Source: an uncultured virus (IMG/VR IMGVR_UViG_3300027753_000008)
Lineage: Duplodnaviria; Heunggongvirae; Uroviricota; Caudoviricetes
DNA: 64,000 nucleotides
Direction: 5' to 3' (one strand)
Virus record (IMG/VR): IMGVR_UViG_3300027753_000008
The translations under genes were made by a program, and so were the position numbers. The notes under the pieces are model-generated. The model saw nothing but the letters and a program-made list of their open reading frames with translations. It was not told the origin of the DNA and did no database searches. This document shows positions 36,593-44,332 of the stretch, one piece after another. Numbering within the stretch: the first letter of the stretch is position 1; every line of letters begins with the position of its first letter.

Positions 36593-37162
36593 ATGAATAT
36601 ATTTGTACTACACGAAGACCCAAGAATTGCTGCCGAATTACAGTGTGATAAACACGTAGTAAAGATGATCGTAGAATCTGCTCAGATGTTATCCACGGCG
36701 CACCGTATGCTTGATGGCTATATGGAAATGCGACCATCTAAATCTGGTAAGCGCATGGTCAAATACTGGGTTCATAAAAATAGTAATCTTGAAAACGTGT
36801 TATATCGAGCTGTTCATCATGGGCATCCTTGTACCGTATGGACAATGAAAACAAATGCTAACTATGAATGGCATTACAAACACTTTGTATCCTTATGTGA
36901 CGAATATCAGCATCGCTATAATAAAGTGCATTCAACTGATACTCTTCTTCGAGAAGTATTACGTCGAGCACCTACAAATACTAATTGGTCAAATCAATAC
37001 ACGCCATTTGCTCTTGCTATGCAACACGAACCACAATGCATTCACGAAGATGATCCGGTTCGTTCATATCAAGAGTATTATCAAACCAAACAAGATCGAT
37101 TCAAAATGGTTTGGACAAATCGCAACGTACCTAAATGGTTTAATTTTGCTGTAAGTGCTTGA
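36593..37162 (+). CDS. Pyrimidine-dimer DNA glycosylase-like (DenV-related) protein
   Basis: MNIF.L..DP..AA...CDKHVVKM..ESAQMLST, HPCTVW. Confidence 0.75.
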   Translation: MNIFVLHEDPRIAAELQCDKHVVKMIVESAQMLSTAHRMLDGYMEMRPSKSGKRMVKYWVHKNSNLENVLYRAVHHGHPCTVWTMKTNANYEWHYKHFVSLCDEYQHRYNKVHSTDTLLREVLRRAPTNTNWSNQYTPFALAMQHEPQCIHEDDPVRSYQEYYQTKQDRFKMVWTNRNVPKWFNFAVSA

Positions 37163-37184
37163 AAACAAACGAGGAGGAGAGTTT

Positions 37185-37883
37185 GTGAATAAATTTGTAT
37201 TTGATGTAGACGGTACACTTACACCAAGCAGACAATCTATTGATCCAAAGTTTAGTGAATTCTTTCTTGAATTCTGTAATACACATGATGTATACTTAGT
37301 TACGGGTTCTGATAAAGATAAAACTGTCGAACAGTTAGGAGAAGAGTTATACAATATAGTAAAGGTTGCGTATAACTGTTCCGGTAATGATGTTTACAGT
37401 CACGGCGTTAATATACGCTCTAATAACTGGACTGCACCAGAAAGTTTAATAACATTTTTGCAAGGTCGGTTGCAAACTAGTAGCTTTCCATTAAGGACAG
37501 GCAACCATATCGAACAACGTCCTGGATGTTTGAATTTTAGTATTATAGGACGTAACTGTACATTAGAACAACGAAAAGATTATATTAAGCATGACTTATC
37601 ATACAAAGAACGTGAAAGTATTGCATTTCACGTTAATTTTGATTATGAAGACTTAACAGCAGCAGTCGGAGGCGAGACTGGTATTGATATCTATCCTACC
37701 GGATTTGATAAATCGCAAATTATAAAAGATTTTAATTCTTTCGATCGAATCATATTCTTTGGTGATAAAATAGAACAAGGCGGAAATGATTATCCGCTGG
37801 CTAAAATATTAAAGCACCCAAGTAGGTCGCACACTGTAAAGGACTGGCAAGATACGTGGAGGATTTTAAAAGAAAATTACTAA
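37185..37883 (+). CDS. HAD-IIB phosphomannomutase-like protein
   Basis: FDVDGTLT, TGSD, GGETGIDI.P.G.DK, FFGDK...GGNDY. Confidence 0.82.
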   Translation: MNKFVFDVDGTLTPSRQSIDPKFSEFFLEFCNTHDVYLVTGSDKDKTVEQLGEELYNIVKVAYNCSGNDVYSHGVNIRSNNWTAPESLITFLQGRLQTSSFPLRTGNHIEQRPGCLNFSIIGRNCTLEQRKDYIKHDLSYKERESIAFHVNFDYEDLTAAVGGETGIDIYPTGFDKSQIIKDFNSFDRIIFFGDKIEQGGNDYPLAKILKHPSRSHTVKDWQDTWRILKENY

Positions 37884-37899
37884 GTTCGGCGCTTTTTTG

Positions 37900-37928
37900 T
37901 GTACATTCACTTCGTAATAGTGTAAGAT
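37900..37928 (+). promoter_or_regulatory. Early promoter
   Basis: TGTACA-N17-TAAGAT; 37886-37907 identical to 9-30. Confidence 0.78.
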
Positions 37929-37952
37929 GTATATATGAAAAGGAGAAATACT

Positions 37953-38360
37953 ATGGAATTTACTTACTCAGATGATCTTTGGTCAGACCTTCACAAAGAC
38001 GTTCATGGCTTCCGGCCTTCTGAAATTTTCATGAAAAACCTTTTAGCGTTTGACGATGAAACAAAGCAAAATCTTTGGGATGCTCTGTGTGAGCAACTCG
38101 AAGAAAATACTAAAGCTAAGAAAGCAGCTGAAGTAGTTGCTGTCGAGAAGTTCGAAGCTCGTATCCAAGATATTATTAAGCTTGGTGCTGGTAATCGTAC
38201 TAACGCTCTTTTGTGGATGTCTGGTACGGAGACTTTCTATCACATTCAAGATGTAGAGCATTTTGTCTGGGAACAAGGTATCTTGTTTACTAATTATGGT
38301 AAGCAGCTAGTTAAAGATCTTGCAGCGATCGTAGATTATAAGGAGTATGACTATGCGTGA
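37953..38360 (+). CDS. Hypothetical early protein
   Basis: SDLHKDVHGFRP motif; AAGGAG RBS. Confidence 0.75.
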   Translation: MEFTYSDDLWSDLHKDVHGFRPSEIFMKNLLAFDDETKQNLWDALCEQLEENTKAKKAAEVVAVEKFEARIQDIIKLGAGNRTNALLWMSGTETFYHIQDVEHFVWEQGILFTNYGKQLVKDLAAIVDYKEYDYA

Positions 38361-38538
38361 TAAGAATGAGAATAAGTACTGGACTGTAAAGGCTTTCTTT
38401 TTCAAAAACGGAAAGTATGAATTACAAGAGTTCGCAGCTGGTCTTGCTCATAAGCAGGCTGGTGATTACTTTCGTAGGCTGCATGATACTAATGAGTATG
38501 CTAAGCTTACTATGAGACCTACAGGAGGGGTAGCGTAA
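38347..38538 (+). CDS. Hypothetical protein
   Basis: AAGGAG RBS. Confidence 0.6.
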   Translation: MTMRDKNENKYWTVKAFFFKNGKYELQEFAAGLAHKQAGDYFRRLHDTNEYAKLTMRPTGGVA

Positions 38539-38539
38539 T

Positions 38540-38701
38540 ATGCAAATTAAAGGTGCAATGACTGTTTTAAATAAACAGTGCAATTTTCTAGGAATGGACT
38601 TTGATCAACTCATCGAGTTCATTCAACGTGCCCCTTTGGCACAAACTGATTTAACTATCAGGGCTTATAAAGTTTGGAGAATTAATAATGGCAGATCCTG
38701 A
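38540..38701 (+). CDS. Small hypothetical protein (53 aa)
   Basis: GGAGG RBS; MQIKGAMTVLNKQCNFLG... Confidence 0.55.
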   Translation: MQIKGAMTVLNKQCNFLGMDFDQLIEFIQRAPLAQTDLTIRAYKVWRINNGRS

Positions 38702-38957
38702 ATACTTCGAATATCAAGGTAAAACATATGATGTTACCTTTAATGAATCAGAAACGGTCCGCCATGGTGGTCCATTCGATCGTGGATCTGCTGACAGTTA
38801 TTACGGTCGTGAGATATGCCCTCATTATTTCGTTGGCGATACATTTAGATCTCATCGTATAGAAAAAAGTGAGATGACTAAGCGAGAATTGGGTGAGTAT
38901 TATGCTGGATACGAGTATAATGAAACTGTTAACAAAGATTTTAAGGATTGGGGATGA
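38688..38957 (+). CDS. Conserved phage hypothetical protein
   Basis: RHGGPFDRGSADSYYGR..PHY..EYYAGY..KDWG. Confidence 0.75.
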   Translation: MADPEYFEYQGKTYDVTFNESETVRHGGPFDRGSADSYYGREICPHYFVGDTFRSHRIEKSEMTKRELGEYYAGYEYNETVNKDFKDWG

Positions 38958-39042
38958 TAGAAGTCAACGGAGTAAGATTTGAATGTGTGTTTGACGCTAT
39001 AGAATTTAGAGATATTCTTGATGCGCATTATATAAAAGTGAC

Positions 39043-39285
39043 ATGGAAATGTTTACAGTAGAGTTTGAAGAAGATGAGACGTGTATTACTGTACTAGATA
39101 ACACAGGAGAATTAGAAGATGTTGTAGCTCTTCTTTACGATGATTACTGTCATTTTAGACAGTGGAATGCAAAAGCAAACAAATTCGAAGTGATAACTCT
39201 AAAACCAGAAATGTATTTAAAGTTAATGAAAGCGTGGGACCTACAGGAAGGAGCCTACGATATTGTAACAGTGGAGAGAAACTAA
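39043..39285 (+). CDS. Hypothetical protein
   Basis: MFTVEFEEDET.ITVLD. Confidence 0.65.
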   Translation: MEMFTVEFEEDETCITVLDNTGELEDVVALLYDDYCHFRQWNAKANKFEVITLKPEMYLKLMKAWDLQEGAYDIVTVERN

Positions 39286-39287
39286 AT

Positions 39288-39929
39288 ATGATACAATTAC
39301 AGCCGCTATTTCCTAACGCAATTGGGTTCGAAAGCGCACCAGACTTGGTAACTTATGATCTGGTTAATGATGTTAAATCTTTATCCCAAGGTCAAAATAC
39401 TCACAACAGGGTAAGCATTGAAAACAGGATTTTAACTACCGATCAAAACGAATTTAAAACTAAGCATTCTCAGCTAGTTAAGTTTTTAGAAGATTCTCTC
39501 GAAAACTTCTACTATCATGCTTTAGGAGTTCCATTTGAAGATGGCAACATCAAATCAGTAATAACACAAAGCTGGTTTACTTATTCTGTTAAGGGAGAAA
39601 GTATGCATGGGCATAAGCATCCCAATAGTATTGTTAGTGGTGTTTTTTATATTAATGCTAAAAATGAAGATCAAATTATTTTTACGAAACAGCATGAATA
39701 TAAGAACCTTGAGTGGTATGCAAAAGAAAGAAATGAATACACAGGTAAAGAGTTTATAGTCCCAGTTAAAACCGGAGATTTAATTTTATTTAACTCTAAT
39801 CAACATCACCATTTTAATGATATAGAGCACGATGAGGAAAGAATTAGCTTGGCCTTTAATTCGTGGCTTGGTGGAGAATTTGGTACAAAAGATGCACTAA
39901 CGCATCTTGTTAGTAATAACACATATTAA
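39288..39929 (+). CDS. 2OG-Fe(II) oxygenase (TIGR02466-like)
   Basis: SW, HxHPNS.VSGVFY, GDLILFNS..H, RISLAFN. Confidence 0.85.
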   Translation: MIQLQPLFPNAIGFESAPDLVTYDLVNDVKSLSQGQNTHNRVSIENRILTTDQNEFKTKHSQLVKFLEDSLENFYYHALGVPFEDGNIKSVITQSWFTYSVKGESMHGHKHPNSIVSGVFYINAKNEDQIIFTKQHEYKNLEWYAKERNEYTGKEFIVPVKTGDLILFNSNQHHHFNDIEHDEERISLAFNSWLGGEFGTKDALTHLVSNNTY

Positions 39930-39938
39930 GGAAGTAAA

Positions 39939-40244
39939 ATGTTTAATAAAGATGATATCGTTTCTGCAGTAACTCCTGTAGGCGAATTTGTAGGTAAATT
40001 TGTAAGTTTTGAAAATAATATTCTTACACTAGCAAAGCCAAAAGGAGTAGGGCAATCACAAGAAGGTATTGGATTAATGGATGGAGTATGCATCTCTGGT
40101 ACACGTAATCCGGAAGAAGTAAAGATACTAAATGTTGTTTTAGTGGCTCAAACAAATCTTGAACTAGCTAATGGGTATAGACAGGCTATTGGTTCAGTAC
40201 TAGCTCCTATGACAAATATCGACATGTCTAAATTTAAATTATAA
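39939..40244 (+). CDS. Hypothetical protein
   Basis: AAGGA RBS; GEFVGK. Confidence 0.7.
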   Translation: MFNKDDIVSAVTPVGEFVGKFVSFENNILTLAKPKGVGQSQEGIGLMDGVCISGTRNPEEVKILNVVLVAQTNLELANGYRQAIGSVLAPMTNIDMSKFKL

Positions 40245-40326
40245 GCCGTTGTTTTTAAACAAAACAAAAACGCATAAAAATGAAATTAAACGTGTACATT
40301 GCTTTCTACATGCTGTAGGATGGTTA
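40237..40326 (+). repeat. 90 bp promoter-containing direct repeat, copy 2 (TGTACA-N17-TAGGAT at 40293-40321)
   Basis: 81/90 identical to 32761-32850. Confidence 0.85.
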
Positions 40327-40351
40327 TAGAAACAAAGAGAAAGATTATATT

Positions 40352-40606
40352 ATGACACCTTCACAAAAAGCTGACCGTTTAGCTCTTATCAAAGAAATCG
40401 CTGAGCGCAAGAAGAAAATGTCTAAGATCCGTAAACGGACTGCATCGGTTATCTCTCGTGCTAAGACTGCTTCACGTAAAGCCAAAGAAATTAAAATTCC
40501 TAAGGAGTCTAATATCTATCAGTGGACTGATGCTTCTAAATATGCTCAAGAGTATTATGGCGAAACGCTCCACTATACAACGAAATTCGATAACGATTGG
40601 GATTAA
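40352..40606 (+). CDS. Basic hypothetical early protein
   Basis: Directly after early promoter. Confidence 0.7.
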   Translation: MTPSQKADRLALIKEIAERKKKMSKIRKRTASVISRAKTASRKAKEIKIPKESNIYQWTDASKYAQEYYGETLHYTTKFDNDWD

Positions 40607-40881
40607 TCTTAGTTGTTATCGAAAAACCCTGTTTGCTTTAAACCCTCGAGGTGCATTACAGGTCGGTATAGGCACTGGTACCGAATTAAACCCAGTCGGT
40701 TGCTGCATACGTGAAATGCAGATAAGGGGAGAGCCACTGCAGAAAGGCTCTCCCACGAAAACTTCTTAATACTGCATAGTACGAGCAAAGAAACGTAACA
40801 GGTAGGTAGGTGCTAGCAACCGAACCCGTAAAATCCTGGTGAGGGACTAAGTTAAGACTACTATTCAGTATTAAGGAGTTT
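40586..40881 (+). ncRNA. Candidate structured non-coding RNA
   Basis: Several hairpins with G-U pairs, a 22-bp closing stem and three long-range complementarities. Confidence 0.6.
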
Positions 40882-40891
40882 GGAGGATGTT

Positions 40892-41101
40892 ATGAGGACT
40901 GTACACTATGTAGGATTTAGAGGCGACGAGTACGTCCGCGCTCATAGGATCTTCGGTGGACCGGTTTATATCCACCGCGATTATGATGATCGTGTGTTTA
41001 GTGAAGTTGGCGATGATGATGTCGTTATCTTTGGACCAAAGTATAAGAAGCTGCCATATGTGTGGGATGCATCTGCAGTTGATAGGAGATACACAGAATG
41101 A
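40892..41101 (+). CDS. Hypothetical protein
   Basis: GGAGG RBS; VHYVGFRGDEY.RA.RIFG.P..IH...D.R. Confidence 0.7.
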   Translation: MRTVHYVGFRGDEYVRAHRIFGGPVYIHRDYDDRVFSEVGDDDVVIFGPKYKKLPYVWDASAVDRRYTE

Positions 41102-41304
41102 TTTTTAGTACCAGTCTCATCGATACTAAGGGCCATTGGATGGTAGGCACCGAGTGGCAATATGCCAAAGGTATTGTCACCATGCATCCTGAAGGTTTCA
41201 GCTGTTCTTGTAAAAAAGCACCGCGCAAACCATGTAACCATATTCGTAATGTTAAGTTACGTATCTATGGCACATTTGATCAGTATTATAAGGATGCAGC
41301 GTAA
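41098..41304 (+). CDS. SWIM-type zinc finger protein
   Basis: CSC...PCNH. Confidence 0.65.
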   Translation: MIFSTSLIDTKGHWMVGTEWQYAKGIVTMHPEGFSCSCKKAPRKPCNHIRNVKLRIYGTFDQYYKDAA

Positions 41305-41645
41305 TGTCTATGCATATGATTAGAGGAGTTCAGGTCCATGGTGTAGGGAAACGCCGTAAGGCGAAACGAAAATCGAATAAATTATTGAAGGCGGAAGCCG
41401 AACATCAAAAGTTTTTAGATAAACTTATTTCAGGTAAGTCAAATTATAGACCTGACTTACCTGACTATAATTGCGGTCCTAGTATGACGAGTGATCGTAT
41501 AGCAGGCAATGGTCTTGCAAAAGAACGTAAGCAATATACTGGTACCGAGATTGCTGGAATTGTTACTACACACAAATCAAACCTTATGCCAGTACGTAGA
41601 GATAACAAACAAGCAGCTATAGATGCTGCATCAATGAGGAGATAA
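41304..41645 (+). CDS. Conserved T4-like hypothetical protein
   Basis: YTG...GI.T.HKSN..PV...A.D...MRR. Confidence 0.7.
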   Translation: MSMHMIRGVQVHGVGKRRKAKRKSNKLLKAEAEHQKFLDKLISGKSNYRPDLPDYNCGPSMTSDRIAGNGLAKERKQYTGTEIAGIVTTHKSNLMPVRRDNKQAAIDAASMRR

Positions 41646-41647
41646 TA

Positions 41648-41782
41648 ATGTGGGCACTTAAATTAAATGCACAGGGTCAGCCAGGGCCTGCAGTTGCTCG
41701 TAGGCTTAAACAAGTCAAGATCGAGCTAGACTCTCACTCGTCTCGGTTAGAGTTCGGCTATTGCTATCTGGAAATGGTGTAA
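41648..41782 (+). CDS. Small hypothetical protein (44 aa)
   Basis: GAGGAG RBS; MWALKLNAQG... Confidence 0.45.
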   Translation: MWALKLNAQGQPGPAVARRLKQVKIELDSHSSRLEFGYCYLEMV

Positions 41783-41940
41783 TGGCTAAAAGAATCCCCA
41801 TGAAGGGAGGAGATGAATACGATGCTCTAACTAAACGTTCACGTAAATTTTTTATGTGGAGCAGAGGGCAAATTAAAAAAATTAAACGCGGATATAATAA
41901 ACGATTCCGCAAAGCAGGAAAGATTATAGATAATGAATGA
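41782..41940 (+). CDS. Small basic protein (52 aa)
   Basis: TAATG coupling; MAKRIPMKGGDEYDALT... Confidence 0.6.
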   Translation: MAKRIPMKGGDEYDALTKRSRKFFMWSRGQIKKIKRGYNKRFRKAGKIIDNE

Positions 41941-42199
41941 AATTGATTCAAGTTCTCGTGAATACATGGTTGCTCAGCTCAAAGAGCGAGTTTGCCGTGT
42001 CATATTTAAAAAAGTAAACGGTGAAGAGCGTGATATGACTTGCACTCTTATGGCAGATGTTTTGCCAGATGCTAAGAAAGATGAGCCACTTACTCAGAAA
42101 AAAGTTAGAGCTATTAATGAAGAAGTAATAGTAGCATTTGATCAAGAAAAATCTGAGTATCGCTCTTTCCGTGTGGCAAATGTTATCTCTTTTACCTAG
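41933..42199 (+). CDS. WYL_2/Sm-like small protein
   Basis: FKKVNGEERDMTCTL...FD......RSFR. Confidence 0.7.
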   Translation: MNEIDSSSREYMVAQLKERVCRVIFKKVNGEERDMTCTLMADVLPDAKKDEPLTQKKVRAINEEVIVAFDQEKSEYRSFRVANVISFT

Positions 42200-42207
42200 T
42201 ATAAATA
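42200..42207 (+). promoter_or_regulatory. Late promoter
   Basis: TATAAATA. Confidence 0.6.
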
Positions 42208-42227
42208 TACCGTACAAAGGAGTTTTT

Positions 42228-42449
42228 ATGTATCAAGATTATATTTCCTCTGAAACTGGCCTATGGCTAACACTACTCGGGTCTTGCATATGCTGGTACG
42301 CTATAGGTAAGATAAGAGGAAGTAAGTCTCAAGAAGAAGTAATAGACAGTACTATAACTTATCTTATACACGAAAACTTCATTCGATGGAAGCGTGACGA
42401 AAACGGTGATATAGAAATATTGACCATCGATGAAAAAAATCATAACTAA
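42228..42449 (+). CDS. Small membrane protein
   Basis: AAGGAG RBS; one TM. Confidence 0.65.
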   Translation: MYQDYISSETGLWLTLLGSCICWYAIGKIRGSKSQEEVIDSTITYLIHENFIRWKRDENGDIEILTIDEKNHN

Positions 42450-42473
42450 TTGATATCTAACAAAAAGAAAACG

Positions 42474-42502
42474 TGTACATTACTATCACGATGTGGTAGA
42501 AT
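42474..42502 (+). promoter_or_regulatory. Early promoter
   Basis: TGTACA-N17-TAGAAT. Confidence 0.78.
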
Positions 42503-42528
42503 AGTAGTATATTATGAAGGAGATCAAT

Positions 42529-43131
42529 GTGGCCCGTAAATCTAAACTGAATCAAATGCGCGAAGAATTCTCTAAAACCTCAACTGTCAAGCCGGTTAAA
42601 AAAACGCGTAAAAAGCGTACTCTTACACCAGAGCAAAAAGCAGTATTAGTTGATCGTATGGCTAAAGCAAGAGAAGCTCGTGGTCCTGCTAAGCACCTTT
42701 CGATACACGAATCAATCCGCAACTTGCCAGATAGTGACAAGTTATCACCTACTAAAGTTAAAGAGTGGCTAAAAGAACAAAAGGATATGCTGAGGTCTAT
42801 AAAGCCCCAGAAAGACAGTAAAGATTCTGCTCTACGACAGCAGTATTGGGATACTGAGGCATATGTTTTTAACTTGCAAAAGTATCTCAATGATGGGATA
42901 TACCGCGATCATCGCTTTGGCAATGAAAAACAAGGCAAAATCCGTTACCGTTCTGTAGCTATGGCATACCACGCAGACGGCACACCTAAACGAACAGTTG
43001 GAGTATTTTATGCTGATATTGGAGAAGAGTATACAAACGAAATGGCAGATCAAGACTATGGAACAGCAAAAGCAACCAGCCCAATTCCTAACAAAAAGCG
43101 AGTTCGGAAGACTAATAGAAAAGACAGTTAA
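42529..43131 (+). CDS. Conserved hypothetical protein upstream of gp33
   Basis: AAGGAG RBS before GTG; basic N-terminus. Confidence 0.7.
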   Translation: MARKSKLNQMREEFSKTSTVKPVKKTRKKRTLTPEQKAVLVDRMAKAREARGPAKHLSIHESIRNLPDSDKLSPTKVKEWLKEQKDMLRSIKPQKDSKDSALRQQYWDTEAYVFNLQKYLNDGIYRDHRFGNEKQGKIRYRSVAMAYHADGTPKRTVGVFYADIGEEYTNEMADQDYGTAKATSPIPNKKRVRKTNRKDS

Positions 43132-43300
43132 GTCTCATAAGTCTTCCTACATGGACGCAATCATTTGGTTGTGTGACAAAAACGATGTCGATTTAGAGGA
43201 CGTGAAGAAATTCATATCTCCTATCATAAAGACAAAGTTAGAGGCAGAAGCAATGAATTTAAACTACTTGCCTCGACAAAACAGTTTACCTTTTGAGTAA
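43058..43300 (+). CDS. gp33: Late promoter transcription co-activator gp33
   Basis: F...IE......SYMDAI...C......E.V...IS..IK.KLEAEA..LN.L. Confidence 0.88.
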   Translation: MEQQKQPAQFLTKSEFGRLIEKTVKSHKSSYMDAIIWLCDKNDVDLEDVKKFISPIIKTKLEAEAMNLNYLPRQNSLPFE

Positions 43301-43313
43301 ATTGTGGTAGAAT
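43284..43313 (+). promoter_or_regulatory. T4-consensus early promoter for gp32
   Basis: GTTTACC-N17-TAGAAT with TGTGG extension. Confidence 0.7.
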
Positions 43314-43368
43314 ATTATTATGAATACAGTGGATAAAAAATACATATTAACATATAAGGAAAATACAT

Positions 43369-44289
43369 ATGTCGTTCGCAGCACTAAAACGTAACCGTAC
43401 AGATCTCAGCAGCTTGATTAGTCAGGCCCAAGAGAATAATACCCAACAAAGCACAAAAATGTCAGAGGATCCTCGGTTCTGGACACCTACTCGTGATAAG
43501 GCTGGTAATGGTTATGCTGTAATTCGTTTCCTACCAGGAGACGCAGAAGCCCCAACACCATGGGTTCGGTATTGGGATCACTTCTTCAAAGGCCCAACAG
43601 GTCAATGGTACATTGAGAAATCTCTTACATCTATTGGTCAACAGGATCCACTATCCGAAAGTAATAGCAAGCTATGGAATGAAGATGGCTCTGACGAAGC
43701 CAAACGTACCGTACGTGAGCGTAAGCGTAATCTACGTTATATTGCAAACGTACTTGTTATTGCAGATCCTGCAAATCCGGAGAATGAAGGTCAAGTTAAA
43801 CTTTATCGCTTTGGTAAGAAAATCTTTGATAAGATTATGGATAGCATGCAACCTCAGTTTCCTGACGAAGCACCAGTCAACCCATTCGATATGTGGGAAG
43901 GTGCAGACTTTACATTAAAGATTCGTAAGGTTGAAGGTTATCCAAACTATGATGCTTCATCTTTTAAACCATCAACAGAACTATGTGCTGGAGATGATAA
44001 AAAGAAAGAAACCATCTATGAGAAGCAACACGAAATGACTGAATGGACTGATGCTAAAAACTTTAAATCGTATGACGAACTTAAGTCACGTCTCGCTTTG
44101 GTTCTTGGCGAGTCTTCAATGCCTATGAATGCAAAGGTAATGGAGTCTCTTGATAATAGTATGCCAATCAGTGATTTTAAATCTCATACTCCGCCTAGTG
44201 CTCCTAGCGCGCCACCTCCTTCTGCAGCTGAAGTTGCTGAAAGTGATGATACTTTATCGTATTTCGCTAAGCTTGCAGCAGAAGATTAA
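43369..44289 (+). CDS. gp32: Single-stranded DNA binding protein gp32
   Basis: DKAGNGYAVIRFLP, WYIE.SL, FGKKIFDKI, acidic tail LSYFAKLA. Confidence 0.96.
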   Translation: MSFAALKRNRTDLSSLISQAQENNTQQSTKMSEDPRFWTPTRDKAGNGYAVIRFLPGDAEAPTPWVRYWDHFFKGPTGQWYIEKSLTSIGQQDPLSESNSKLWNEDGSDEAKRTVRERKRNLRYIANVLVIADPANPENEGQVKLYRFGKKIFDKIMDSMQPQFPDEAPVNPFDMWEGADFTLKIRKVEGYPNYDASSFKPSTELCAGDDKKKETIYEKQHEMTEWTDAKNFKSYDELKSRLALVLGESSMPMNAKVMESLDNSMPISDFKSHTPPSAPSAPPPSAAEVAESDDTLSYFAKLAAED

Positions 44290-44296
44290 CTAATAA

Positions 44297-44330
44297 CTGA
44301 GGGCGGCTAATGCTGCCCTCAGCCACTTTT
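44297..44330. terminator. Terminator between convergent genes
   Basis: CTGAGGGCGGC-taat-GCTGCCCTCAG hairpin then T-run. Confidence 0.8.
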
Positions 44331-44332
44331 TA

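Noticed and set aside
40458..40769. 103 aa ORF overlapping the structured intergenic region
   Set aside because: No RBS, overlaps a better gene in another frame, and the sequence is better explained by RNA pairing
40780..40830. GCAAAG...GGTAGGTAG resemblance to a c-di-GMP-I riboswitch or RNase P
   Set aside because: The required GAAA-tetraloop P2 and the RNase P GAGGAAAGUCC core are absent
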